From an uncultured Deinococcales bacterium (GTDB taxonomy: Bacteria > Deinococcota > Deinococci > Deinococcales > JAAFIG01), in the NCBI GenBank assembly GCA_964244895.1, contig CAXTKV010000103.1:1-18137 (forward strand): a stretch of DNA of 18,137 nucleotides, in the 5' to 3' direction. Below are positions 8,331-17,080 of the stretch, piece after piece. A program made the translations under genes and the position numbers. Under the pieces are notes generated by a model. It was not told where the DNA came from and searched no databases. It saw only the letters and a program-made list of their open reading frames with translations. The number at the start of each line of letters is the position of its first letter. The stretch's first letter is position 1.

Positions 8331-8390
8331 CATTCACCGTGCCAGACGCAATGTCTTGAGCCAAAAGAATGCCCTCCAGGACGGTCTTCT
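8331..8390. repeat. 60-bp doublet palindromic element, copy 6 (left unit degenerate)
   Basis: CATTCACCGTGC-C-AGACGCAATGTC plus AGAATGCCCTCC-A-GGACGGTCTTCT. Confidence 0.78.
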
Positions 8391-8394
8391 CGAT

Positions 8395-9213
8395 TTACGC
8401 CATCAATTCGCGCAGGAACCGGACGCTTTCGCGCACCGCGTTCGCATCCGGCCCGACCTCGAGATCGAGCGTCCCCGTGAAACCCTCGATCCTGGAGCGC
8501 ACTGTCTGCCACGGGATTTCTCCGCGCCCGAGCGCCAGGTGCTGATCGCTCTGTCCGTCGTTGTCCTGAAGGTGGAAGTGAATCACCCCGGAAAGCCCCG
8601 TCAGGTAAGACTCGAGCCGCTTCTTTCCACGCTCGAGCCCGCCCGCACCGGTTCCATCGTGTCGTTCCGTGGTCGCGCCCTCGACCAGCGCGTGCCCGAC
8701 ATCGATGCAATTGCCGAAACCCTGCCCCGCCGCGTGGGTGATCGCCTCGAGTTCGCTCGCGCCGCGCAGCACGTCGTACTGATCCAGGGCCAGATTCTCG
8801 AGCGCCACGGGTACGAGCGGCTCGAGCGCAGACAGCGATTGCACGATCCGTTTGATCGCGCCCTCGAGCATCAACGGGTGGCGCATCGGCACCAGCCCGG
8901 AATGCAGCACGCCGCAGATCGCGTCGACCTCCGCGGCGTACTCCAGGCCGCGCCGGGTGCGCTCCAGGCTGTTCTCGCGCACGCCGGGCATCAGTGATGC
9001 CAGGTTCAAGTCCACGAACGACAGGTGGACGCTGACCGCCACGCCGGTGGTGCGCGTCAGTTCCAGCACGCGGCGCACGGGCTGGCTTTCGGGCAGGATT
9101 TCTTGCATGTCGAAGGTCAGTTCCAGAAACTGCAACCCGAGTTCGCTGGCCAGCCTGAAGGCTTCGTCCAGGTCGAGGATGCCCGCGTTGATCGGCGTGT
9201 ATCCGAGCCTCAT
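8395..9213 (-). CDS. Sugar phosphate isomerase/epimerase (xylose isomerase-like/AP endonuclease 2 TIM barrel)
   Basis: SVHL, ALEN, DVGHA, HFHLQDNDG, DQHLALGRGEIPW, LEV metal-binding motifs. Confidence 0.88.
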   Translation of the reverse strand: MRLGYTPINAGILDLDEAFRLASELGLQFLELTFDMQEILPESQPVRRVLELTRTTGVAVSVHLSFVDLNLASLMPGVRENSLERTRRGLEYAAEVDAICGVLHSGLVPMRHPLMLEGAIKRIVQSLSALEPLVPVALENLALDQYDVLRGASELEAITHAAGQGFGNCIDVGHALVEGATTERHDGTGAGGLERGKKRLESYLTGLSGVIHFHLQDNDGQSDQHLALGRGEIPWQTVRSRIEGFTGTLDLEVGPDANAVRESVRFLRELMA

Positions 9214-9240
9214 ATCGGTTCTTTCGTGTCTGAGGACTCG

Positions 9241-9265
9241 AGAACACCGTCCTGGACGTATGATT
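9241..9265. repeat. Single 25-bp unit of the palindromic element
   Basis: AGAACACCGTCC-T-GGACGTATGATT preceded by CTCG; possible decayed partner arm GAAGGCTGTTCT at 9279-9290. Confidence 0.8.
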
Positions 9266-9297
9266 TAGAGCGTGCGCCGAAGGCTGTTCTCATCTCA

Positions 9298-10422
9298 TCA
9301 CCTCGAATGCGGTTGCCACGAAAGATGACCCCAGACCAATCCCCGGCTGACCAGATGATCGTCTCGAAGGAGCGCCGAGAGCTTGACCGCGCGTTCCTTT
9401 TTTGCGCCATCGGACAGCGTCAGCCACGAGCCACTTTCAAGCCGCTCGATGAACGCCACGCGCTTTCCGTCGGGTGCGATGCCCACATCGAACCCGCTCG
9501 CCAGACCAGCGTTCACCTCCAGGGCGCTCGAGGAAACCAGCATGGGTTTCCCGGCGGGTGCGCGCACGCGAAGTTCCGCCGCGCCCGCCAGTTCTTTGAA
9601 CGAAACGTACAGACCACCCGGTGCCCGAGTTGCGTACAGTTCGTGTGTTTTGGTGTTCGGAATTTCGTTTCGGTATTGGTTCTGGTTGATTGGCGTTTTC
9701 TCGAGCAATCGACCGTCGATGCCGTAACGGTAACGCCAGAAATCTCGTGCTGAGGCTTTGGTGTACGAGTATCCGACGAATTTGATGCCGTTCGCGTCCC
9801 AGGATTCTGGTCGCTGCGCGCCGCAGACATCGTCGATTCCCGGCAGACGGATCTGGGTTCTCAAGGTCGCGCGGGTTTTGAGCTCATAACGCATCAGGTC
9901 GTAAGGCGTGAGCGCTTCCTTGCATCGATCCGCGTTCGACTCGACCCAGGCCAGGCTTTGGCTGTCCAGCGACCAGATCGGATCGCTGCGGTACGCGGCC
10001 TTCGTGTCGTTCGTTTCGCTGACTTCGTTCGCTTGCACCGCGATGCGTTCGATCTTGTTCGTGGTGGTTTTCAGGATGTAGATGTTGGTCGGGGGTTGGC
10101 CCGAGCCGGGTTGGGTGAAGCCTTTTGCGGTGCTCGAGTACGCCACCCACTGTCCATCCGGCGAGATCACGGGCGCGTTGTTGAAACCATAGTTCGTCAA
10201 GCGCGTCAGGCTGGAACCGCCACGCCAGACCCACAAATCGCCTTCGAGGTTCAAGAAGATTGGTGCACTCGTGGGCTGCCCCCTCGAGAGACCCAAGGCA
10301 CCGAAGGTCGCGATTGCGAGGCTCACCAGCAGGGTTCTGAAAAAGGTGAAGCTCCAGAAGACCGTCCCGGACGCTCTTCTTGGGATACCAAGGAACGCTG
10401 TCCTGGACGGTCTTCTCGTCAC
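9298..10422 (-). CDS. Secreted TolB-like (PD40) beta-propeller protein; start uncertain
   Basis: APVISPDGQWVAYS, PIWSLDSQSLAW, IAPDGKRVAF repeats; hydrophobic signal-like stretch RTLLVSLAIATFGALG; GTG 10422 overlaps the upstream stop (GTGA). Confidence 0.72.
   Translation of the reverse strand: MTRRPSRTAFLGIPRRASGTVFWSFTFFRTLLVSLAIATFGALGLSRGQPTSAPIFLNLEGDLWVWRGGSSLTRLTNYGFNNAPVISPDGQWVAYSSTAKGFTQPGSGQPPTNIYILKTTTNKIERIAVQANEVSETNDTKAAYRSDPIWSLDSQSLAWVESNADRCKEALTPYDLMRYELKTRATLRTQIRLPGIDDVCGAQRPESWDANGIKFVGYSYTKASARDFWRYRYGIDGRLLEKTPINQNQYRNEIPNTKTHELYATRAPGGLYVSFKELAGAAELRVRAPAGKPMLVSSSALEVNAGLASGFDVGIAPDGKRVAFIERLESGSWLTLSDGAKKERAVKLSALLRDDHLVSRGLVWGHLSWQPHSR
10356..10416. repeat. 61-bp doublet palindromic element, copy 7
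   Basis: AGAAGACCGTCC-C-GGACGCTCTTCT plus GGAACGCTGTCC-T-GGACGGTCTTCT. Confidence 0.9.
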
Positions 10423-11645
10423 TTGCTCGCCAGCGCGCGCTTCTGGGCTTCCTCGAGGGATGCTTTCGCGTCCGCGCCGCCCTTGATGACGCGCTCGATG
10501 GCTTCCTCCAGAAAGGTTTTCCAGATCGCGTAGCCCGGATTGCGCGGGCGAGAGACGGCATCGTCGAACTGCTCGAAGGCGATCTTGCGGTACGGGTTTT
10601 CCTTGTACCAGTCGGCCAGAAGCCCCAAGGCCGAACGGCGCACCGGCACGTAGTAGCTGGCTTTCGTCCAGGCCACGATGCTCTCCGGGCGCATCAGGTA
10701 CTGCCAGAACGCCCACGCCCCCGCCTGTTCGTCGGCACTCGAGTCCTTCAAAACCACCAGTTGCGCGCCGCCGAAGGGCACGACTGTTTTTGTGCCTTTT
10801 GGCAACGGGGCCGCGCCCAGTTCAAAGGCCACCGAAAACGGCAAAATGTCCGGCCAGTTGGCGATCGAGGCAATCGCCATGGCCGCTTTGGTGCGCACGA
10901 AATCCAGGATCGCGAACTGCGCTTCGGCCACGTTGCGCGGAATCGCGTTGCCGGACTGCACCAGGGTGCGCATGAACTCGAGCGCGTCCACGACTTCTTT
11001 GGAGGTGAAGTTCGGTTTGCCATCGTCGGTCACGACGTTGCCGCCCCTGGACAAGACCATCTGCTCGAACTGCCAGGAGTCGTTGAACGCGATCCAGCCT
11101 TTCGTGCCGCGCGCGGTCAGGGATTTGGCCACTTGCGCGAATTCCGGCCAGGTCGTGGGCGGTTTCAGGCCCTTGGCGCGCAGCAAGTTGGCGTTGTAAA
11201 ACAGCACCGGCGTGGATGCGTTCCACGGCAACCCGACGCGCTTGCCGTCCCAGACGCCGTAATTCCAAAGCGCCGGGAAGAAATCCTTGACCGTCGCGTC
11301 CGGCAGGGTTTTCTCGAAGCTGCTCAGATCGGCCAGCGCGCCGTCCTCGGCCAGCCTCGGGAAGAAACCGATCTCGGACTGGAAGATCGCGGGCGCGTTC
11401 TTGGCGCGCAGGGCCGCGATCAGTTTGGTGTTCGATTCCGGGTACGTGCCTGACATGGTCGGCACGACCTCGAATTTATCCTGGGATTTGTTGAAGCCGT
11501 CCACCAGCGCGTTGACGGCTTTTTCGCCGCCCGCCATCGAATGCCAGAAGGTGATTTTGGTTCTCGCGCTCTGGGCGTTCGTGATGGCCGAGATGGTCAC
11601 CGCAACGAGCGCCAGCCCCACGCTTGTCAGAATCAATCGCTTCAT
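10419..11645 (-). CDS. ABC transporter extracellular solute-binding protein, family 1 (UgpB/sugar-binding-like)
   Basis: Signal peptide MKRLILTSVGLALVAV, ITFWHSM, GLPWNASTPVLFYNANLL, GGAQLVV, AWAFWQYL; AAGGAGG RBS before ATG 11645. Confidence 0.9.
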   Translation of the reverse strand: MKRLILTSVGLALVAVTISAITNAQSARTKITFWHSMAGGEKAVNALVDGFNKSQDKFEVVPTMSGTYPESNTKLIAALRAKNAPAIFQSEIGFFPRLAEDGALADLSSFEKTLPDATVKDFFPALWNYGVWDGKRVGLPWNASTPVLFYNANLLRAKGLKPPTTWPEFAQVAKSLTARGTKGWIAFNDSWQFEQMVLSRGGNVVTDDGKPNFTSKEVVDALEFMRTLVQSGNAIPRNVAEAQFAILDFVRTKAAMAIASIANWPDILPFSVAFELGAAPLPKGTKTVVPFGGAQLVVLKDSSADEQAGAWAFWQYLMRPESIVAWTKASYYVPVRRSALGLLADWYKENPYRKIAFEQFDDAVSRPRNPGYAIWKTFLEEAIERVIKGGADAKASLEEAQKRALASK

Positions 11646-11878
11646 CCTGCCTCCTTCGGTCAATTCAGCATAACGGTAACGGTGCCTCGGTGACGCATCT
11701 GCCCGACTCGAGCGAGCGCACGAAAATAGCGCCAGGTCTTCACGTGCGCGGGTCAAAAAGCCCACCATCCGAAAGCCGTGCCGATTGTGCGTTTTTCTCG
11801 TTCTGGACGCCAGAAATGCCCGCGCCGGAAACGCCACCCGTAAGGGATTCGTGACGGCTACTGGAGTCCAATGAAGCC

Positions 11879-13306
11879 ATGCTTTCCACGGACGAAAAAA
11901 CCCGTCTCGAGGTGCTCCGCAGTTTCGACGTGCTGGACACGCCCCCCGAGGCGGCCTTCGAGCGCGCGGTCGCCCTGGCGGTGCGGTTGTTCCGCGCGCC
12001 CATCGCGCTGGTTTCGCTGGTCGACGAACAGCGACAGTGGTTCAAGGCCTGCATCGGGCTGGACGTGCGCCAGACGGATCGGCGACTCTCGTTTTGCGCT
12101 TACGCCATTCTCGGCGATGGCGTGTTTATCGTGCCGGACGCCACGCTGGACGAGCGGTTCAGCGACAACCCTTTGGTGACCGGCGAACCCGGCATCCGCT
12201 TCTACGCCGGCGCGCCATTGACGACCGCCGAGGGCGTCAAGCTCGGCTCGTTGTGCGTGATCGACACCGTCCCGCGCGATGATTTCAGTCTCGAGGATCG
12301 CTGCGCCCTCGAGGCCTTGGCTGCGACCGTGATGGACGCCTTGGAGCTTCGCGCCAGCGCGGCGCAATTGCGTAACGCTCAACGCGAGGCGGAAACCGAG
12401 AGGGGTCTGCTCAGAGAAATCTTCGCCGCTCTCGAAGAGGGCGTGATCGTGCAGAACACCGATGGTCGGATCATTGCGGTCAACGACAGCGCCGAGCGCG
12501 TGCTGGGATTGACGCGAGATCAACTCCTGGGGCGCAGCAGCATCGATCCGCGTTGGCGCGCCGTTCACCCCGACGGAACGCCCTGTCCAGGCGAGGATCA
12601 CCCCGCGATGATCGCCTTGCGCGAGGTCAGGCCAGTGACCGACGCGCTGTTGGGGATCGAACACCCCGAAGGCGATCAGGTCTGGCTTTCGGTCAATGCC
12701 CGTCCGATCATCCCCCCGCAATCGGATCGCCCGACGGCGGTGGTCGCGTCGTTCTTCGACATCACGACTCACCGGGCCGCCACGCAACGCCTCGAGTACG
12801 CCGCCAGCCACGATGCCCTGACCGGCCTGCCCAATCGCGCGATGTTCCGAACCCGGCTCGAGGCGGCGCTCGGGCAGCTCGAGCGATCCGGCGCGGAGAT
12901 TGACGGTTTTGCCCTGGCGTTCGTGGATCTGGACGGCTTCAAGCTCGTTAACGACACTTACGGGCACGCCTGCGGCGACCGATTACTTCAGGCCGTGGCT
13001 GCTCGCTTGCGGGCTTGCGCGCGATCCACAGATACCGTCGCTCGCGTCGGCGGCGACGAGTTCACGCTGTTGCTGTCCGGTATTCGCAACAGTGAAAGCG
13101 TCGAGCAGGTCGCGTCGAAGATCTCGCGGGCGCTCGAGCAACCCTTCGAGATCGATGGTCGCAGCGTTCAGATCGGCGCGAGCATCGGCTGGAGCCTCTG
13201 TCCGCGCGATGCGCGCAACGCCGACGAGTTGATCCGCTTGGCCGACCGCGAGATGTACCGCGTCAAGTACCGCAGGCCCTCGCAACCCGTTCCAGCCGCG
13301 CTCTGA
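11879..13306 (+). CDS. GAF-PAS-GGDEF diguanylate cyclase
   Basis: GAF (SFCAYAI, IRFYAGAPL), PAS (GRIIAVNDSAERVLG), HDALTGLPNR, DLDGFKLVNDTYGH, intact GGDEF with RSTD I-site. Confidence 0.93.
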   Translation: MLSTDEKTRLEVLRSFDVLDTPPEAAFERAVALAVRLFRAPIALVSLVDEQRQWFKACIGLDVRQTDRRLSFCAYAILGDGVFIVPDATLDERFSDNPLVTGEPGIRFYAGAPLTTAEGVKLGSLCVIDTVPRDDFSLEDRCALEALAATVMDALELRASAAQLRNAQREAETERGLLREIFAALEEGVIVQNTDGRIIAVNDSAERVLGLTRDQLLGRSSIDPRWRAVHPDGTPCPGEDHPAMIALREVRPVTDALLGIEHPEGDQVWLSVNARPIIPPQSDRPTAVVASFFDITTHRAATQRLEYAASHDALTGLPNRAMFRTRLEAALGQLERSGAEIDGFALAFVDLDGFKLVNDTYGHACGDRLLQAVAARLRACARSTDTVARVGGDEFTLLLSGIRNSESVEQVASKISRALEQPFEIDGRSVQIGASIGWSLCPRDARNADELIRLADREMYRVKYRRPSQPVPAAL

Positions 13307-13328
13307 ACCCGTCGCACCCCATCAGGGT

Positions 13329-13391
13329 GCGCCACTTCTCGCGCTCGAGGAAAGGGTCTGTTGCAGAACTCCGACGCTCGAGAAGTGGCGC
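13329..13391. repeat. Long imperfect inverted repeat between convergent genes
   Basis: GCGCCACTTCTCG (13329-13341) and its exact reverse complement CGAGAAGTGGCGC (13379-13391), with further internal pairing. Confidence 0.75.
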
Positions 13392-13470
13392 GCATCAGCT
13401 TCGAGCGATTCCAGCTTTCGCCAGAAGCCCAATCGCGACCGGGAACGCTTGGGTTCGTACCGCCAAAAAA

Positions 13471-13531
13471 AGAACACCGTCCAGGACGGTGTTCTTTCCT
13501 CATTCAAAAAGCGCGTGCTGGACGGTGAATC
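13471..13531. repeat. 61-bp doublet palindromic element, copy 8
   Basis: AGAACACCGTCC-A-GGACGGTGTTCT (perfect, identical to 57-81) plus AAAAGCGCGTGC-T-GGACGGTGAATC. Confidence 0.88.
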
Positions 13532-13553
13532 CGCGCGGATGCGCGATCTGCCA

Positions 13554-16190
13554 CTACTTCTCCATGTAGACGCTGATGTTCTTGTTTTTCGGCGTTTCCA
13601 GGAGCTTGTCGCTCGGGGTTTCGAAGGTCTTGTAGCCGTCCGCCTCGACGCGCAGGCTGTACTTGCCCGTCTGAAGCTTGCTGAAGACGATCACGCTCCC
13701 GGTGTTGCTCGAGACTTCCTGACCGTCCTTCAAAAGCGTGACCTTGGCGCTGGGCGCGTTGTCGGTCGCGATCCGCAAGCCGCACGGGCACTGGGCGTTG
13801 CTGGCGGTCGGGCGGCCCTGGGCTACGTTGACCGCGATCTTCGCGCCGCTGCCGGAGGCGGCTCCGGGGGCGCGAACCTCGTAGGTGTAGTCGCCCGGTT
13901 TCGGGCCAGCGATGTAGTAACTCCAGGCGTTGTCCGCTCCGGCTGAAATATCGCCGAGCTTGGCATCGTTCTGGTAGACCTCGAGCGCCTGACCCGCCGG
14001 AGCGGTGCCCTCGAGCAAAAAGTCCTGCGCATCGAGTTGCTCGCTGGCGGCGGGGTACGTGAAGGCCAGCGTCCCAGCGGTGCTGCTCGAGGCGACCTGC
14101 GCGGTGGGCGTCAACGGTGCGCTGGACGCGCCCAGACCGCCGAACAGGCTGGAGCCCAGCAGCGGCACGATCAGCAGGGCGACAATATTGGCGACCTTGA
14201 TCATCGGGTTGATGGCGGGGCCAGCCGTGTCCTTGTACGGATCGCCGACCGTGTCACCCGTGACGGACGCCTGGTGCGCGAAGGAACCCTTCTTCAGCAC
14301 GACGCCGTTCTCGTCTTTCAGGTCGCCGGACTCGATGTACTTTTTGGCGTTGTCCCAAGCGCCGCCGCCGGTGGTCATCTGGATCGCCATGAAAATGCCG
14401 ACCACGATCACGCCCATCAACAGGCCGCCGAGCGCTTTTGGCCCGAGGATCAAACCGACCAGGATCGGGCCCAGCACGGGCAGCAGGGCCGGAATGGTCA
14501 TCTCGCGCAGCGCGGCCTGCGTGACGATGCTGACTGCCCTGGCGTAATCGGGTTTCTGCGTGCCCTGCATGATGCCGGGCATCTCCTTGAACTGGCGGCG
14601 CACCTCGAGCACGACCGCTCCTGCGGCCCGCCCGACGGCTTCCATGCTCATCGCGGCGAACAGGCACGGCAGGATGCCGCCGATCAGCAAGCCCGCGACC
14701 ACCAGCGGATCGCCCAGGTCGAAACGCAACGGCAAACCGCCCGCCGGGACGCGCTTGTCGAGTTCCGCCGTGTAAGACGCGAACAACGCCAGCGCCGCCA
14801 GCCCCGCCGAACCGATAGCGTAGCCTTTGGTGACGGCCTTGGTGGTGTTGCCCACGGCGTCGAGCGGGTCAGTCACGTTGCGCACGGTCTCGCCGAGTTC
14901 CGCCATTTCCGCGATGCCGCCCGCGTTATCCGTGATCGGCCCGAAGGCGTCCACGGTCACGATGATGCCGCACAGTGACAACATCGCCATGGCCGCGATC
15001 GAAACGCCGTACAGACCGCCCAGCGCGTAAGCGATCAGCGTGCCCGCCACGATCACCAGCACCGGGAAGGCGGTGGCTTTCATGCCGACCGCCAACCCCG
15101 CGATGATGTTCGTGCCGTGACCCGTGATGCTGGCCTTCGCGATGCCGCGCACGGGCGCGAACTCAGACGACGTGTAGTAATCGGTGATGTACATCAGACC
15201 CATCGTCACCGCCAGGCCGACCAGCGACGCCAGGAACAGGTTGAAGCTGTTGATGCCCTCGCCGGAAACCGTCCGGGACGCGAAGAAAAAGCCGATCGCG
15301 CTGATGATTACGGACACCCAGACGCCCCGGTAGAGGCTGCCCATGATGCCCTTGGGCGTGGCATCCCTGGGCGCGTTGATGGCGAACACGCCGAAGATGC
15401 TGGCGATGATGCCGACCGCGCCGATAATCAACGGATACCACACCACGCTGGTGTTACCCGAATAGGTCAGGTGCCCGAGCAACAGGGCCGCGATGGCCGT
15501 CACGATCAGGGTTTCAAACAAGTCTGCCGCCATGCCCGCGTCGTCACCGACGTTGTCACCGACGTTGTCGGCGATCACGGCGGGGTTGCGCGGGTCGTCT
15601 TCGGGGATGCCCGCCTCGACCTTGCCGACCAGGTCCGCGCCCACGTCGGCGGCCTTGGTGAAGATGCCGCCGCCCAAACGCGCGAACACGGAAATCAGGC
15701 TCGCGCCGAAGCCCAGCCCGATCAGCGCGTCCGGGTTGAACGCGTCCTGCGCGTCGCGCGAGTAGTTCGTCAAGAGCGCCAGCACGATGATGCCCAGCCC
15801 GACCACGAACAAGCCCGTGACCGCCCCGCCCCAGGTGGCCACCTGCATGGCTGGCGCGAGGCCGCCCGAGGCCGCCTGCGCGGTGCGGACGTTGGCGCGC
15901 ACCGCGACGTTCATGCCGATGATGCCCGCCAGCGCCGACGCGCCCGCCCCGATCAGGAAGTACACGGCGGTTCTTGGCCCCAGGAAAATCAGCATCAGCA
16001 CGGCCAGCACGGCGGCCACGATCCCGACCGCCGTGTACTGGCGCGCCAGGTAGGCGCTCGCGCCTTCCTGAATGGCGGCGGCGATCGCCCTCATGCGGTC
16101 GTTACCGTCGGGTTTGTTCAGAATGTTGAGCGTCAAGACGACGCCCGCCGCGAGCGCGAGGAAACCTGCCAACAACGGTATGAAAAGCAC
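13554..16190 (-). CDS. hppA: Membrane-bound H+-translocating pyrophosphatase, K+-independent type, with ~200-aa C-terminal extension
   Basis: [66 protein letters not shown] before GTG 16190. Confidence 0.95.
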   Translation of the reverse strand: MLFIPLLAGFLALAAGVVLTLNILNKPDGNDRMRAIAAAIQEGASAYLARQYTAVGIVAAVLAVLMLIFLGPRTAVYFLIGAGASALAGIIGMNVAVRANVRTAQAASGGLAPAMQVATWGGAVTGLFVVGLGIIVLALLTNYSRDAQDAFNPDALIGLGFGASLISVFARLGGGIFTKAADVGADLVGKVEAGIPEDDPRNPAVIADNVGDNVGDDAGMAADLFETLIVTAIAALLLGHLTYSGNTSVVWYPLIIGAVGIIASIFGVFAINAPRDATPKGIMGSLYRGVWVSVIISAIGFFFASRTVSGEGINSFNLFLASLVGLAVTMGLMYITDYYTSSEFAPVRGIAKASITGHGTNIIAGLAVGMKATAFPVLVIVAGTLIAYALGGLYGVSIAAMAMLSLCGIIVTVDAFGPITDNAGGIAEMAELGETVRNVTDPLDAVGNTTKAVTKGYAIGSAGLAALALFASYTAELDKRVPAGGLPLRFDLGDPLVVAGLLIGGILPCLFAAMSMEAVGRAAGAVVLEVRRQFKEMPGIMQGTQKPDYARAVSIVTQAALREMTIPALLPVLGPILVGLILGPKALGGLLMGVIVVGIFMAIQMTTGGGAWDNAKKYIESGDLKDENGVVLKKGSFAHQASVTGDTVGDPYKDTAGPAINPMIKVANIVALLIVPLLGSSLFGGLGASSAPLTPTAQVASSSTAGTLAFTYPAASEQLDAQDFLLEGTAPAGQALEVYQNDAKLGDISAGADNAWSYYIAGPKPGDYTYEVRAPGAASGSGAKIAVNVAQGRPTASNAQCPCGLRIATDNAPSAKVTLLKDGQEVSSNTGSVIVFSKLQTGKYSLRVEADGYKTFETPSDKLLETPKNKNISVYMEK

Positions 16191-16390
16191 TCCTACACCT
16201 CCCTGAAGATCTCGAGGTGGCCCCCGAGTTTATTTCTGCCCGAGCCCGACGCGATGCCGGGTTCTCGAGCCACTGCGCTGTTGAACGCCGCATCTTAACC
16301 AGGCCAAGGATTCGATGGGAAGCGTCAAAAAGGTGTAATTCTCGCGTTCGACCTCGAGTTTCGCGTTCTGAACGGTTCGTGGGCGGTTGG

Positions 16391-16415
16391 AGAACACCGT
16401 TGGGGACGGGTTTTC
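16391..16415. repeat. Single 25-bp unit of the palindromic element
   Basis: AGAACACCGTTG-G-GGACGGGTTTTC; more decayed relatives at 16357-16381 and 16456-16516. Confidence 0.72.
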
Positions 16416-16545
16416 GGGATTTCAGACCTGAATACGGGGCTTCGGCTCGGCATTCTCGAGACCGTTCCGCGAGAGCGGTGCACTCGGGTTAAACGCGCCG
16501 ACCGGGACGGTTCGCACCGAATTCGGGATCGAGTCCAGCATCAAC

Positions 16546-16572
16546 AAAAAAGGCCAGCGCGAACGCTGGCCT
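16546..16572 (-). terminator. Rho-independent terminator after hup
   Basis: Minus strand AGGCCAGCG-TTCG-CGCTGGCCT-TTTTT. Confidence 0.9.
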
Positions 16573-16592
16573 CAGACCCTCGAAAGCAAAAA

Positions 16593-16886
16593 TTACTTCT
16601 TGACCTGATCCTTGAGCGCTTTACCGGGCTTGAAGGCCGGGTACTTGCTGGCTGGAATCTTGATTTTGGCGGTGGTGCCGGGGCGGACGCCGGTGCGGGC
16701 CTTGCGGGTGCGAACCTCGAAGGTTCCGAAACCCGTGATCTGCACCTTGTTGCCCTTGTCCAGAGCGCTGGCGATCTCGGCCACCAGGCTGTCCATCATG
16801 GTCTTGACGTCCTTCTTTTTATGGGACGTTTTTTCGGCGAGCGTGTCGATCAGGTCGGATTTGGTGATGGTCTTTTTCTTCGCCAT
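16593..16886 (-). CDS. hup: DNA-binding protein HU
   Basis: ITKSDLID, VQITGFGTFEVR, ARTGVRPGT, PAFKPGKALKD; GGGAGG RBS before ATG 16886. Confidence 0.95.
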   Translation of the reverse strand: MAKKKTITKSDLIDTLAEKTSHKKKDVKTMMDSLVAEIASALDKGNKVQITGFGTFEVRTRKARTGVRPGTTAKIKIPASKYPAFKPGKALKDQVKK

Positions 16887-16982
16887 GGCTGTTGCCTCCC
16901 GTTTTGCAGGCATCCCGGTTCGCTGGAGGTGGCATTTAAGCGATGCCTATCGCCCCCCGCTTCAGGAATTGCCCGTGGCACG

Positions 16983-17012
16983 ACAATATCACACCCTAAA
17001 GCGATTTTGCAA
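16983..17012 (-). promoter_or_regulatory. Putative sigma70 promoter of hup
   Basis: Minus strand TTGCAA (17012-17007), 18 bp spacer, extended -10 TG-A-TATTGT (16988-16983); implies a ~90-nt 5'UTR. Confidence 0.55.
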
Positions 17013-17080
17013 GCACACAGACGGTGTTCTTGCGATGCCATACCCAATAAAGACCGTTTAGCAGGGAGCCTGAGAAAGGA

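Noticed and set aside
8282..9247. N-terminal 322 aa of the 828-aa ORF 6761..9247
   Set aside because: Overlaps the well-supported isomerase in another frame, is R/A/G-rich junk and runs through a repeat; GTG 8281 has a leaderless -10
11646..11837. 64-aa N-terminal extension of the sugar SBP
   Set aside because: Signal peptide and AAGGAGG RBS indicate ATG 11645
13554..16190. Na+-translocating or K+-dependent PPase
   Set aside because: GNTTKA carries Lys at the K+-dependence position, which marks the K+-independent type (K+-dependent enzymes have GNTTAA)
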